Shown: in pieces, positions 28,741 through 38,579 of the stretch | Position numbering within the stretch: position 1 is the first letter of the stretch | How the letters are laid out: every line of letters begins with the position of its first letter | Assembly: GCA_048885865.1 (NCBI GenBank) | Contig: JBHLLF010000003.1 | Span: 96,001-160,000, forward strand | From: Candidatus Hermodarchaeota archaeon | GTDB lineage: Archaea > Asgardarchaeota > Thorarchaeia > Thorarchaeales > Thorarchaeaceae | DNA: 64,000 bases | Direction of reading: 5' to 3' | The notes under the pieces: generated by a model | Told to the model about the DNA's origin: nothing | Seen by the model: only the letters and a program-made list of their open reading frames with translations | The model's database searches: none | Made by a program: the position numbers and the translations under genes

Positions 28741-29115
28741 GTGGGATGGATTTTGCGAGTGTCAGAAAGACTCATCATTCTTGGATTGGTCCTAGCGCTC
28801 ATAGGATTTCTTGTCATTGCGATCACAAGTTCATCCACCGAAGTTGGTTTTGTCTTTGTTTTCCCATTCTTCTTCATTGGTGATGTGTCTGAACCATTCA
28901 TGGCCCCAATTTTAGTATCTATGCTCCTGATGTTCATGATATTGTTCTTCTGGCTTCTAAGAGCTAGCAGTTACAAAGAGATTGAGAAATATGTGAAGAT
29001 AGCGTCTCTATGCGAATACTGTAGCAATCCCATTCCCAGTGGCTCCGCCTTCTGTCCCTCATGCGGACGGCCTCTTAGAGAAGAGACAGCAGATAGCGAT
29101 GAGCGGATGTATTAA
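28741..29115 (+). CDS. Membrane protein with C-terminal zinc ribbon
   Basis: Hydrophobic segments (incl. GFVFVFPFFFIG) followed by CEYC...FCPSCG. Confidence 0.7.
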   Translation: MGWILRVSERLIILGLVLALIGFLVIAITSSSTEVGFVFVFPFFFIGDVSEPFMAPILVSMLLMFMILFFWLLRASSYKEIEKYVKIASLCEYCSNPIPSGSAFCPSCGRPLREETADSDERMY

Positions 29116-29130
29116 TGGAGGCCTTCTAGG

Positions 29131-29601
29131 ATGAGTCGAAATCTGATTAGAGTTGTCACCAGAGATGATGTGCCAGATATCATCGCAATAGAAAGAACAA
29201 GCTTCCCGAAACCTTGGGATGATGATATCTTCCGCATCTTGGGAGCTTGGCGAGGCCGAGTTCGGACCCAAAAAGGAAAGACTGTCTTCATGTATGTGAT
29301 TGAGGAAGATGGTGAATTGGCCGGATACATCGTCTGGGAAGAGGACGTCCAGTTAGAAGAAAGCCACCTTCTCAATATAGCAATTCGCCGAGAAAGCAGA
29401 CGTAGGGGACTAGGAAGAGAACTCCTAGACTACGCCTTTAGCATGATGCGTGAACGCAAAATGGCATCATGTCGATTGGAAGTGAGAGCGAGCAACACAC
29501 CTGCTCAAGCTCTGTACGCCAACGCAGGCATGTCTGTGCTATGCCGTGATGACCAATACTACGATGATGAAGACGCGCTTATCTATACAATTGGATTCTA
29601 G
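29131..29601 (+). CDS. rimI: RimI/Ard1-type N-acetyltransferase
   Basis: IERTSFPKPW, HLLNIAI, RRRGLG, LEVRASN, YYDDEDA. Confidence 0.85.
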   Translation: MSRNLIRVVTRDDVPDIIAIERTSFPKPWDDDIFRILGAWRGRVRTQKGKTVFMYVIEEDGELAGYIVWEEDVQLEESHLLNIAIRRESRRRGLGRELLDYAFSMMRERKMASCRLEVRASNTPAQALYANAGMSVLCRDDQYYDDEDALIYTIGF

Positions 29602-29602
29602 C

Positions 29603-32600
29603 TTAGCTCTTTCTCGCCTTTGTGATTACCGGACCAAGATAGTCGTGATATAAACGAAGATATGATTCATCACGGGATACCAGAGCTAGAGGTGTGCCAG
29701 CCGTTTCGGATCCGCCAACCAAAACTTCCGATTTGTCAATAAGAGCCAAGGTTGTCGGTGCCTCTGTATGCCAAATCCTCCAGCCTTCGAGGGAGCTCAA
29801 TGCTGAATCCATCTCTTCGGTGTCAGGGACAACAAGAATCTTTCGACGAGGTCCTTTCGCTTTGGCTAGCTTCTTCAGGTCCAAACATTCAAGGTCCATT
29901 ACGGAAAGCACAACTGACTTTTCAGCTCGGGAAACCATGTCAAGCATGTGTGCGCAAATCTCATCGTTACCAGTAACATACCATGTGTTCTCGGTTGTGA
30001 GGGAAAGCAACTCCTCCCGCGCAATCTTGACAGCTTCAATTGTTTCGATAGATTGATTGGTCAGGTCAGATATGGCACCTATAGTTTCATCAAGGCCTCC
30101 CTTGAGCGAGGTGATGTCTTTCTTCTGCTCGGCGCTCCATTGCCTCAGAATCTTGTCTACGTGCTCACTCAGGCCATTGAATGCATCATTTCGAGTTTGG
30201 CGAAGATCTGAAAGGCCTTCATTTGCCTCATTCATTGCCTTTGCAGAGGAACCTGCAATCTCCGCATTCTTCACTGTTGTCTCATTTTGGGTACGCTCTG
30301 TGAGCCGTGCAGATTCACTGCCCACGTATGTCTTTAATTCAATACCCATGGATTCCAGCTTGCGAGATGCATATTGATTGGAAAACACTGAACTCTGCTT
30401 CGCTTCCTCGAGGGCTTTGTCCAGGCCTTTGGCTGCTTGCGTCACCATTCCATCAATAAGTGTCTTGGAGGTACTTGTGATAGACTTGGATGATTCAGAG
30501 AAGTCTGTGAGCGCCGTGTCAATGGTGGCTTTGGTTTCGTTCCCTATCTTGGCTGTCTGCTCAATGGCGTTTGATGAGGATGAAGCGATAACATCATTCA
30601 ATGTATTGGGCAGGTCAGATAGCGCCTCAGCCGCCTTTGTAAGAACATCCAAGCCATCATCACCAAACTGCACAGCGCTACCTTTGATGTCAGATTCTGT
30701 CTTCTTGAATAGGGCACGGCTCTTGGTTTCGACTTCCTTCAGATTCTTCTCCCCACGTTCTAGGACCTTTGCAGCAGTTGCATCTGCGGCTTTCTCCAAC
30801 TTGCCTCCAAGTGTGGAAATCTCACCTTCAAGCTTGTTGGCAAGCTGCTCAAGGGAGGATGTTAGATTGGATGAGGAGGTTTCGATTGTTTCTGAGGCTC
30901 CAGTGAAGGCGAGAGCGACCTCATTTCTTCGATCCTCAATTGCTGCCAATGCTTCTTCCCTAATTGCCCTAGCTGATTCCAGCCGAGAGGTTTCTTTCTC
31001 AGCGAGAGAGTTTTGGAATGCTTCAACATTGGAATTCGAAGCTTTTACAAGCTGAGATGCGAGATTATCCATCTTCTTACTGGTGTCTGCCAACAGAAGG
31101 TCTCCCGACTCTCTTTGTCTTGTTGTGTAGGCGTCTACTAGTTCAAGGAGTTTCCCTGTACTCTTTGCTATGCCGTCCTGAGTTGTTTCCTTGATGTTTG
31201 AAATACGCTCAGTGATGTTGTCTCGAGCACCAGTGACAGTTGCGCTGAACTCCCTCGAAACCTGATGTAGATTCTCCCCAAATTGATAGATTGTGCCAGT
31301 TTCTATTTCATTAAGCGCATCCTCTGTGCTCCTGACTGCATCCTCAATTCGGTTAAGCGTATCCGCCATAGACTCCGAGATTTCGGTTCGTTTGTTTGTA
31401 GATAACTCATCGAGGGCTTTCTTGATCGAGTCAGCGGCTCCTGCGAGCTCATCAATCCTCCCGCCCAACTGTGATGAGAAATCTTCTTGGAGTAGCATTG
31501 AGTCTTCTTGTAACGATGCCATTTCAGTTTTCAAAGCACCCTTGAACTCAGTATGTGCAGAAGAAATGAGGTCCCTCGCCTCAGATGTCTGGCTGGAGAG
31601 GAATCCATTGAATGTTGCCTCCAATCCTTTGATGAGGTTGGTGAATTGCTGTGCCAAATCTTCCAGGTGAACATGAAGCTCTTCCCGTATTCCCAATGCG
31701 TGCTGGTCAATACGCTCCACCTGGCCTGCCAGGGCTTTATCTATCTCTCTCTGCACTTTGTTGGCCTGACTTGTAAGAGTGCCTACACTTTGACCAAGCC
31801 GTTCATCAAGTTTCTCATTTAGATTCTCGTAGAGTGCTTTGGCATCTCGTATGTGAGAACGTGTGGTCGATACATATCCCGCACCAAGCTCAGAAAGATG
31901 TGTTCCAATTTCGGCTTCAAAGTCATGAGTTGCCTTCTTTACTGAGGTTAGAGCGGATGCATTCTTTGTTGATGATGTAGATATCACAGTGCTGAATGCG
32001 GATTTGAGTCTACTGTCAATGGAATCAACAAGAGTGTCCATTTCAGACACTTCTGTTTCCAGAATCTTGCTGATATCGGTGATAATCCTTGTTAATTTGG
32101 CGTCTACATTCTTCGTTGTGCTTGCAGACCACTTATCGACGTTGGATCTAATTTCTAGGTTTGCAGAATCGAGGTTTTTCTCTTGTGAGTTCAGCTGCTT
32201 CTTCAGGAGATCCAATGTCGAAGTTCGGCAACTGTTTAGATGTGATTCAAACTGCGTGATGCCCTCTATAGACATCTCCTTCAGGGTTTGGTACTCATTC
32301 GCAAAATGAGCTTGTGTCTTCTCGAGATTCCCTCGCACGGCAGCCTTCACATTTTCTAAGTAATCATTCTCAGTGGCGCTAACTCTATCGAGTTGAAGTC
32401 GCAAAGACTGCATGGCAACATCGCCAAAGGTGGCTACTTCTTCCTTCCAAACCCCAATAGTCTCCTTTGCTGCTTCACAAATTTCAAGAGCTGCTGCTAT
32501 CCGAGTTCTAGCTGCTTCCGATTCTTCGGCGATGTCTGATCGACCCTTGGTAGTGATTCCTCGTAGCGTTTCCTCCGCCACAGAGAATGCTGCAGTAAGC

Positions 32601-33508
32601 TCTGAGTCCATGCCAGAGATCGTGTCGTCTAGTGCTTTTGTGGCTTCACCAATAGAAGTAATTGCATCATCTGATGACGCGGTGGATTTTGCTAGAATCT
32701 CATCAGCTAATGCACTGACAGTCACATCCAGAGCAGCTCTTGAAATGCTCAATGCTTTGGAAACTGAATCACTCAATGTCTGGGTTAGTGTAAGCACCTC
32801 TTTCTCGAGAGCCTTCATTGCGGTGGTGGTGGACTTACCTTCTGAGGTGAGCCATTTTTCGAAGCTCTTGGAGATGTCATTTGCGGTGATTCCGAGCTCC
32901 TTCTGGCTCTTGTCAAGCTCAAGCTGAAGGGCTGAGAGCCGAGTGCCTAATCCTTCGTCGAGAGAAAGGCCGAATGTTTTCATTGTTTCCTCAATACTCT
33001 TTGTGAACGCTGAGAGTGCTTCAGTAGCAATTGACGTGATTATGTCCACCTGTGACTGAACAGCTGCAACCATATCAGTTTCATATGTTTGAAATGCAAC
33101 TTTGCCGTCATTCATGGTGTTTTTGTGCAGGTCAGAAACCGCGTTGACAGATTCGTCAATTCCTCTGAGATGGCCGTCAAACATCTTCTGGATATCTTCC
33201 AAGTTGATCTGTAAATCATCTCGCACTGAAGACAATGACCCCTCTAGTGAGAAGATAGTTGGTGATAGGCGGAAAATTGGCACCACGCCTTCAATTCGCG
33301 TCACCAGTCCTTTCTTTTCCAATCGGGCCAATGCGCTCTCAACCTTTTTGAGAGGCTCTCCCGAAGCTACAGAAACCCCGCCAGCTGTCATGTTGCCACC
33401 GGCAAACACAGGGAGGATTGCCTTAGCTTCAATATTCGTTATTCCCAAACTTCTCTTTAATACTGGAATGCTTTCTGCTACTACATTTCCACTCAAGATG
33501 AATCCCAC
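29603..33508 (-). CDS. 1301-aa protein: TrmB-like N-terminal wHTH, about 1100-aa helical/coiled-coil rod, TrmB-like C-terminal domain
   Basis: LGITNIEAKAIL...VESALARLEKKGLV (TrmB HTH); TWYVTGNDEICAHMLDMVSRAEKSVVL...LIDKSEVLVG (TrmB C-terminal/PLD-like); amphipathic A/S/T/L/E/K-rich middle. Confidence 0.8.
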   Translation of the reverse strand: MGFILSGNVVAESIPVLKRSLGITNIEAKAILPVFAGGNMTAGGVSVASGEPLKKVESALARLEKKGLVTRIEGVVPIFRLSPTIFSLEGSLSSVRDDLQINLEDIQKMFDGHLRGIDESVNAVSDLHKNTMNDGKVAFQTYETDMVAAVQSQVDIITSIATEALSAFTKSIEETMKTFGLSLDEGLGTRLSALQLELDKSQKELGITANDISKSFEKWLTSEGKSTTTAMKALEKEVLTLTQTLSDSVSKALSISRAALDVTVSALADEILAKSTASSDDAITSIGEATKALDDTISGMDSELTAAFSVAEETLRGITTKGRSDIAEESEAARTRIAAALEICEAAKETIGVWKEEVATFGDVAMQSLRLQLDRVSATENDYLENVKAAVRGNLEKTQAHFANEYQTLKEMSIEGITQFESHLNSCRTSTLDLLKKQLNSQEKNLDSANLEIRSNVDKWSASTTKNVDAKLTRIITDISKILETEVSEMDTLVDSIDSRLKSAFSTVISTSSTKNASALTSVKKATHDFEAEIGTHLSELGAGYVSTTRSHIRDAKALYENLNEKLDERLGQSVGTLTSQANKVQREIDKALAGQVERIDQHALGIREELHVHLEDLAQQFTNLIKGLEATFNGFLSSQTSEARDLISSAHTEFKGALKTEMASLQEDSMLLQEDFSSQLGGRIDELAGAADSIKKALDELSTNKRTEISESMADTLNRIEDAVRSTEDALNEIETGTIYQFGENLHQVSREFSATVTGARDNITERISNIKETTQDGIAKSTGKLLELVDAYTTRQRESGDLLLADTSKKMDNLASQLVKASNSNVEAFQNSLAEKETSRLESARAIREEALAAIEDRRNEVALAFTGASETIETSSSNLTSSLEQLANKLEGEISTLGGKLEKAADATAAKVLERGEKNLKEVETKSRALFKKTESDIKGSAVQFGDDGLDVLTKAAEALSDLPNTLNDVIASSSSNAIEQTAKIGNETKATIDTALTDFSESSKSITSTSKTLIDGMVTQAAKGLDKALEEAKQSSVFSNQYASRKLESMGIELKTYVGSESARLTERTQNETTVKNAEIAGSSAKAMNEANEGLSDLRQTRNDAFNGLSEHVDKILRQWSAEQKKDITSLKGGLDETIGAISDLTNQSIETIEAVKIAREELLSLTTENTWYVTGNDEICAHMLDMVSRAEKSVVLSVMDLECLDLKKLAKAKGPRRKILVVPDTEEMDSALSSLEGWRIWHTEAPTTLALIDKSEVLVGGSETAGTPLALVSRDESYLRLYHDYLGPVITKARKS

Positions 33509-33541
33509 CGCTAGTGATTCAAGAAGTAGTCCCGATTTGGA

Positions 33542-34369
33542 CTACTCTGACTTCTTACGTCGTTTGGATTTGGAAACTCCTTCAAACAGAGAAATCAAAT
33601 CCTGTACCTCAAATGGAGAATTGCCTCCATTCGAAATGATCTCAGCCTCAATGTGCCCAGAACCGTCAGCCATGTCAATATGCAGATCTTCATATTTTTG
33701 GAGGGTATTTTCCTCTAGCAGAGACCCCTCTTTCAGGGGCTTCACACCATCAAGTTCGATAGTTAGAAGCCACCAGTTGGTTGCCAAATCTGATACAGAT
33801 GCATTGATGCCATAATGCTTTGATAATAGCTCCACATACATCCTGAAGACCTGGAAGGTATTAACCTCATGATGACGAGGATTCACTATGACAATGCCCC
33901 TTGCAAAATCAAAATGGAATATCAAATCATCTCCTGCAACAAGCATGATATTATCCTCTTGGACATCGGAGGTGGTTTTCCAGATTTTCTTGAATCGAGA
34001 AGCAAAATGCTTGATTGAACTGACTCTCAGAGTCGAAAGAAAGTCTTTCGTCTGAAGACGCCTATCTACCATGCCTCTTCCTTTCCTCTCAAGAATGAAA
34101 CGCTTTAGCTGTTCAAGGTATTGACTGTAGCAGAAGCTCGGCAGGTCCTCAGGTTCGACACCTATCTCTATCAGCATGTTGAGAAAATTGCGGTTATCGC
34201 AGGCCGGTCTTACGGTGCAACCTAGGCGGTCCTCCTGACATTCGCGACATCGCTCCTCATAAAGCTCTATGAACTCCTTGGCCAATTGACTATCTGCAGG
34301 GAGGTCTAAAAGCTCCATTCGCATCGCAAGTTCATTAGCATGCTTCTTTAGTTTCATTAATCGATTCAA
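33542..34369 (-). CDS. Hypothetical protein with N-terminal Cys cluster
   Basis: CRECQEDRLGCTVRPAC...FCY; 33 nt upstream of the 1301-aa gene. Confidence 0.75.
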   Translation of the reverse strand: MNRLMKLKKHANELAMRMELLDLPADSQLAKEFIELYEERCRECQEDRLGCTVRPACDNRNFLNMLIEIGVEPEDLPSFCYSQYLEQLKRFILERKGRGMVDRRLQTKDFLSTLRVSSIKHFASRFKKIWKTTSDVQEDNIMLVAGDDLIFHFDFARGIVIVNPRHHEVNTFQVFRMYVELLSKHYGINASVSDLATNWWLLTIELDGVKPLKEGSLLEENTLQKYEDLHIDMADGSGHIEAEIISNGGNSPFEVQDLISLFEGVSKSKRRKKSE

Positions 34370-34545
34370 CTCTGATTATGGTTCAGACTTTGGAGTGACC
34401 TGAGGTAATCTGCATGATCTCGATCAGTTCATATGCAGCACATAAGGCTCCAGATGCGAATGCGCATTTCAGTTTGATAAGTTTATGGCAGGTGACATGC
34501 TTCTCAATCGACCTCTGATTTGTATTTCCGATAATTGAGAGAAGC

Positions 34546-35466
34546 TTAGCTTGTCTTCGCCATCTCTTTAAGCTTGGTAGCCCAATTGCGAATCTCCGTG
34601 TTCAGATTTGCTATGTCATTCTCATTGAGAGTAGCAGTAGGTGGATATGACTTGAGTTCTCTTGCCTTCTTGCCAAACTGGAAGAGAACGGGAGTATGTC
34701 CAGAGATCATTGTGGTCAGCTTATCACGAGTTTCTTCCAAAACACGAGCCATCTCGCGAGCCTCTGTTTGAGGAGTCACTTCTTTCAGAAGCCCCTTCAT
34801 GATCTCGTCAATGGTAGACATACTGACCTTCTTTGGGGTAGGCTCCTTTTCCTCCTTTTCTTCCTTTTCCTCCTCAGCTTTCTCCTTGACCGTCTTTTTA
34901 GTTGGCCTCTTCGCTGATTTCTCAGCAGGTTCGCCTGATTCAGATGCAGGAAGACTAGTCAGTGTTTCCAGCGCTTCTTCAATTCTGTCAATAGCTTGGT
35001 TATACTTGCGCTCTATGTCATCAAGCTGGCGGACAATTATACCAACTATCTCTTTCGTTTCCGTGAGGGATCCTGATACTTCCTGAACTGTGTCCTCAAG
35101 GCCGGAAAGGCCAGCAACATATTGTTGCAACTCATCAATCTTCTTAGTGATAACTTCACCCTCAAGAGAACCAGCCATCTCTTCAATCTTCTTTACAACG
35201 TCGTCAGCTGTGCTCGAATTGCTCACTTCATTACTAAGATCCGATAATCCAACGAGGATATCATCCATCTTCTTGAAGAGAACTTCCATCTCCTTCGAGT
35301 CACGAACTTCAACTAAGTCGGAAGACATTGTATCAATTTTCTTGTCTATACCCTTCACTGAAGATAATTCCGCTAATTCGTTCTTGACAGAAGCGAGCTC
35401 ATCTGTGACCTTGTCGATTTTCTTTTCAATGGATTCAAGAGCTGCTTCGGACTTGTCGTCAGGCAT
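34546..35466 (-). CDS. Coiled-coil hypothetical protein
   Basis: Heptad-rich N-terminal ~170 aa, K/E-rich linker, small helical C-terminal domain. Confidence 0.78.
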   Translation of the reverse strand: MPDDKSEAALESIEKKIDKVTDELASVKNELAELSSVKGIDKKIDTMSSDLVEVRDSKEMEVLFKKMDDILVGLSDLSNEVSNSSTADDVVKKIEEMAGSLEGEVITKKIDELQQYVAGLSGLEDTVQEVSGSLTETKEIVGIIVRQLDDIERKYNQAIDRIEEALETLTSLPASESGEPAEKSAKRPTKKTVKEKAEEEKEEKEEKEPTPKKVSMSTIDEIMKGLLKEVTPQTEAREMARVLEETRDKLTTMISGHTPVLFQFGKKARELKSYPPTATLNENDIANLNTEIRNWATKLKEMAKTS

Positions 35467-35560
35467 GAAAATACCCCAACCTATGTAGCCGCTGTGTGGA
35501 GGATAGCCGCTGCATATTTAGATTTTCGTACTGCATTTGAGACTGTGTAATAACAGTCGA

Positions 35561-36385
35561 CTATAGTTTACTTGCCCGGACGACGGGAATGCCGAGGTCC
35601 TTCAGAATCGGAAATAGCACAGCTTTGTTCTCAGCATTAGTTCCTTTCCAGTCAATAATCGCTTGTGTTATTTCTTGAGCGCTCCGCTTCAACATCTGAG
35701 AGACAACACCCTGTGTAATCTGGTTCAATGCGTACTTTGGAGCCATATGTCCTATTGTGACATCTTTCTCAAGCACAAGTTTGTTGAATTTGCTGGCATA
35801 ATGTGTCCCGCCGAAGCCAATTGAGGCGCCACCAGTCATAGGTTCTTTGACGCAGTCCATCACTGCTGCGGCAACTGCCTGGGCTCCTTCCTCATGACTC
35901 CAATACTTCTCATCACTGCCAAGCTCCACAAAAAGAAGAGGAGTATTCATTGATGTGGGACCATGATGTGTGACCTCCAATGTTACATCAAACTCAGCTA
36001 GATTCCGTTCGATCTTCTGCTGGTTGAGACTCTTGAGTGCAATAGAAACAAGGGATGGAGCAGAGACTGATAGCTGTCTAGGTCTTCCCCCAAAGTCCGC
36101 TTGCGGACCAAAATTCCCTGTACTATGAACGAGAAGAGCAGGTTTCCCTGATGCCGCTCGATGTCGAGAACAATAGATGAACACCTCAGCTTGAAAATGG
36201 TCCTCTAGGTAGCCTGAATGAATCATGTCTTGATTTATTGTGATGAGTAGCGCATCATCCAGCCTGTAGACCGGATTACCCTCAAACAGTTCACCCGTCC
36301 TTTCGAATTCATACTCATCGCGAAGGGCTTTGGCAATCGTCTGGCTTGCTATATCTTCAGTGGAACACACCAAGACTCTCATCAA
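35561..36385 (-). CDS. dtdA: D-aminoacyl-tRNA deacylase (archaeal DTD2/GEK1 type)
   Basis: SRH, LVHSTGN, LEVTHHGP, FVELGS, GFGGTHYA. Confidence 0.92.
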   Translation of the reverse strand: MMRVLVCSTEDIASQTIAKALRDEYEFERTGELFEGNPVYRLDDALLITINQDMIHSGYLEDHFQAEVFIYCSRHRAASGKPALLVHSTGNFGPQADFGGRPRQLSVSAPSLVSIALKSLNQQKIERNLAEFDVTLEVTHHGPTSMNTPLLFVELGSDEKYWSHEEGAQAVAAAVMDCVKEPMTGGASIGFGGTHYASKFNKLVLEKDVTIGHMAPKYALNQITQGVVSQMLKRSAQEITQAIIDWKGTNAENKAVLFPILKDLGIPVVRASKL

Positions 36386-36397
36386 ATCACCAGAAGC

Positions 36398-37633
36398 CTA
36401 TGCAATATTGGTCTTTTCGAGAAGGGGCTCAAGAGAGATCTCCATCTGAAGCTTTACCTTTTCATCAAAGGACTCTAGAATCTCGGATTCAATCCTCACC
36501 TTGAAGTCCTTTGCACGATCAATCTCACGAGTAATATCATCCCTGATTCTTAGCATGTCACTTCGATGATACTCCAAGTTCCTTTCAGCTTCATTCAATT
36601 CCTCTTGCAGTTTTGCACTCTTCGCATATATGTCAGAATCAGCAAAAGCATGACGCTTCTCTTCAAGTTCCTTTGCTTTCTCCTGAAGCTCACCCAGAGA
36701 TCCGCTGCTGATGGCTTGGACCTCTTCAATAGCCCTTCTTGCCAGCCGGTCCTTCATAGGTAGCTTGCCATTCTCAATTGCCTGTCTCAAACCGGCTAAT
36801 CCCTCCAACAATCCAGGATAGCCGATTGGCTCTTCCACGATGGCATCATAGGGATTCTCGAAGTATTCGTTCAGCGCCTTCTGCCCTGTCGCACCAACTC
36901 GTACTCCTGTATCATGTTGAAAGAACTTCTTCACCTGCTTCTTGAGGGGATTCAGTTTCATTCTCAAGAGACTCGCAATATGGTCTGCTTCGGAGTCGAT
37001 GTTCAGCAAATCCGCTACATTTGAAGTTTCAGTGAATTCCTCATACTTTTTCTTTGCTGATTCATATTCAGTCAGTGCTGTTTCAATCTTTGCTCGAGTC
37101 GTACGAATTTGCTCTTCATATACCTCTTTACTAAAGCCAAGATCTTGAAGAGTCTGGATTCTACCACCTATGCGCTCTAAATCCTTCAGCCAGCTGAACT
37201 CGTAAAGGAGCTTCTGTATCTTGTTCATCTCAGACATGAGTTCTTTCATGCTGACATCCAGCTGCTTGATAGTACTCTTGTGCTTCTTGTCCATCCGTCT
37301 AATCCAACGAGCGCCAGCACCCCAGAGTTCTTGGATGAAGCTTCGAATCCCTTCTTGAAGCGACTCAGTGCTTTCGTACGTTATTTCCTTACCAACGTAG
37401 AAATCATTTGTAATGTCTTCAACCTTCATTGCGAATCTCGTAGCAATTCCTATGGAATCAGGGTCATCATCTTCACCTGGTTCCTTAAGATTCCGCGACA
37501 TCACCTGAATGTCTTTGAGAGCTCTCTCGACAATCCTGTAGCTCTTTTCAGCCTTCTTTGTAAAATCCTTGGACATCTTGCTTAGACGATTGCGATACCA
37601 CTTCTGAAGCTGCTCGATTGTTAGAGTCGTCAT
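36398..37633 (-). CDS. Coiled-coil hypothetical protein
   Basis: 411 aa, predominantly helical with heptads; 12 nt upstream of dtdA. Confidence 0.78.
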   Translation of the reverse strand: MTTLTIEQLQKWYRNRLSKMSKDFTKKAEKSYRIVERALKDIQVMSRNLKEPGEDDDPDSIGIATRFAMKVEDITNDFYVGKEITYESTESLQEGIRSFIQELWGAGARWIRRMDKKHKSTIKQLDVSMKELMSEMNKIQKLLYEFSWLKDLERIGGRIQTLQDLGFSKEVYEEQIRTTRAKIETALTEYESAKKKYEEFTETSNVADLLNIDSEADHIASLLRMKLNPLKKQVKKFFQHDTGVRVGATGQKALNEYFENPYDAIVEEPIGYPGLLEGLAGLRQAIENGKLPMKDRLARRAIEEVQAISSGSLGELQEKAKELEEKRHAFADSDIYAKSAKLQEELNEAERNLEYHRSDMLRIRDDITREIDRAKDFKVRIESEILESFDEKVKLQMEISLEPLLEKTNIA

Positions 37634-37775
37634 TGAAAGCCCACCTGAGATTCGAAAGGGTTTTCCGAGTGCACTTTATCAACTTTGTGACCCGAGCGTA
37701 GCTGCACAACTTGTGTATGGTAGAGCTTTTAACTCTAGGAAACTCGGAGAAACTAGCATAGGAACGTGGTCGGTC

Positions 37776-38579
37776 ATGTCCGAGATCTTTGAAACCGGTA
37801 ACCGACGTCCAAGGCTCGACATCAATTATGCTGTTGAATGTGCGTCATGAGGCGTAGGTCGCATCGGTTTCTACATCAGACGCCTCGGACTGATAGATCC
37901 CACCGGAAAGGAACGACTACTGCTCAAGAATCCTGCTGACTATAAAGGCGGAATCTGGGCGTCTTATGTCGCAGATGGGACTGTAGCTGTCGTCGAGTCG
38001 ACAGAAGCTGACACCATCGCTGTCGTGGAGCGAAAGCAGAAGAAAGGTAGCCTAAGTCTAGTGATGAGCCATACACCTCAAGAATTCGAGGAACCTGTGG
38101 TCAACTTCACACTTGATTTATGGAGCTACAATAAACCTGTCTTGCTACTTCGGCATACGACAACAAACGTCAGTTCCAGCATGGTCCAAGACCTCAAGGT
38201 CTACAGCATCTTCGACTTCGATATAGGAGGTCCAATGAGCTACAAAGACGACATGGGCACCTATGACGAAAAGAACGGAATCGTCATTGCCTATGATGAA
38301 AGCCAGGTTTCTGTAGCCATTTCCTCACAGCCGAGTCCCGATGGCTGGGAGATATCATCTCCACTGAAGCTCAAGGTAGAATCAGATAAGCGCGACCTAA
38401 GGAACAATCCCGAAGCGGGACCGAAGGACATTGCCACCGGTCTGCAGTGCAACCTAGGCGATTTAAAGCCGGGTGATAGCAGTTCGGTGGATCTTGTCCT
38501 CGCCTCCGCGCACGGTCTTGACGAGGTTCGAAGCCTCATCGATATGTCATGGGGCTTCTTCAACAAGAAAATCCGATGA
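37776..38579 (+). CDS. Putative selenoprotein (267 aa, Sec at codon 25, CxxU motif), function unknown
   Basis: ATG 37776 is in frame with tracked ORF 38025-38579 (offset 249 nt). The only interruption is TGA at 37848-37850 in MSEIFETGNRRPRLDINYAVECAS*GVGRIGFYIRRL. A SECIS-like hairpin lies at the 3' end. Confidence 0.82.

Noticed and set aside
29603-33508. SMC/Rad50 ATPase or phage tape-measure protein
   Set aside because: No Walker or signature motifs seen and no viral genes nearby.
29694-33815. Many plus-strand ORFs of 74-237 aa
   Set aside because: Ser-rich antisense shadows of the 1301-aa coiled-coil gene.
37848-37850. In-frame TGA as a nonsense mutation (pseudogene)
   Set aside because: It falls exactly in a CxxU context, no other lesion is present, and a consensus SECIS follows the gene. 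Recoding is the more economical explanation, though unproven.
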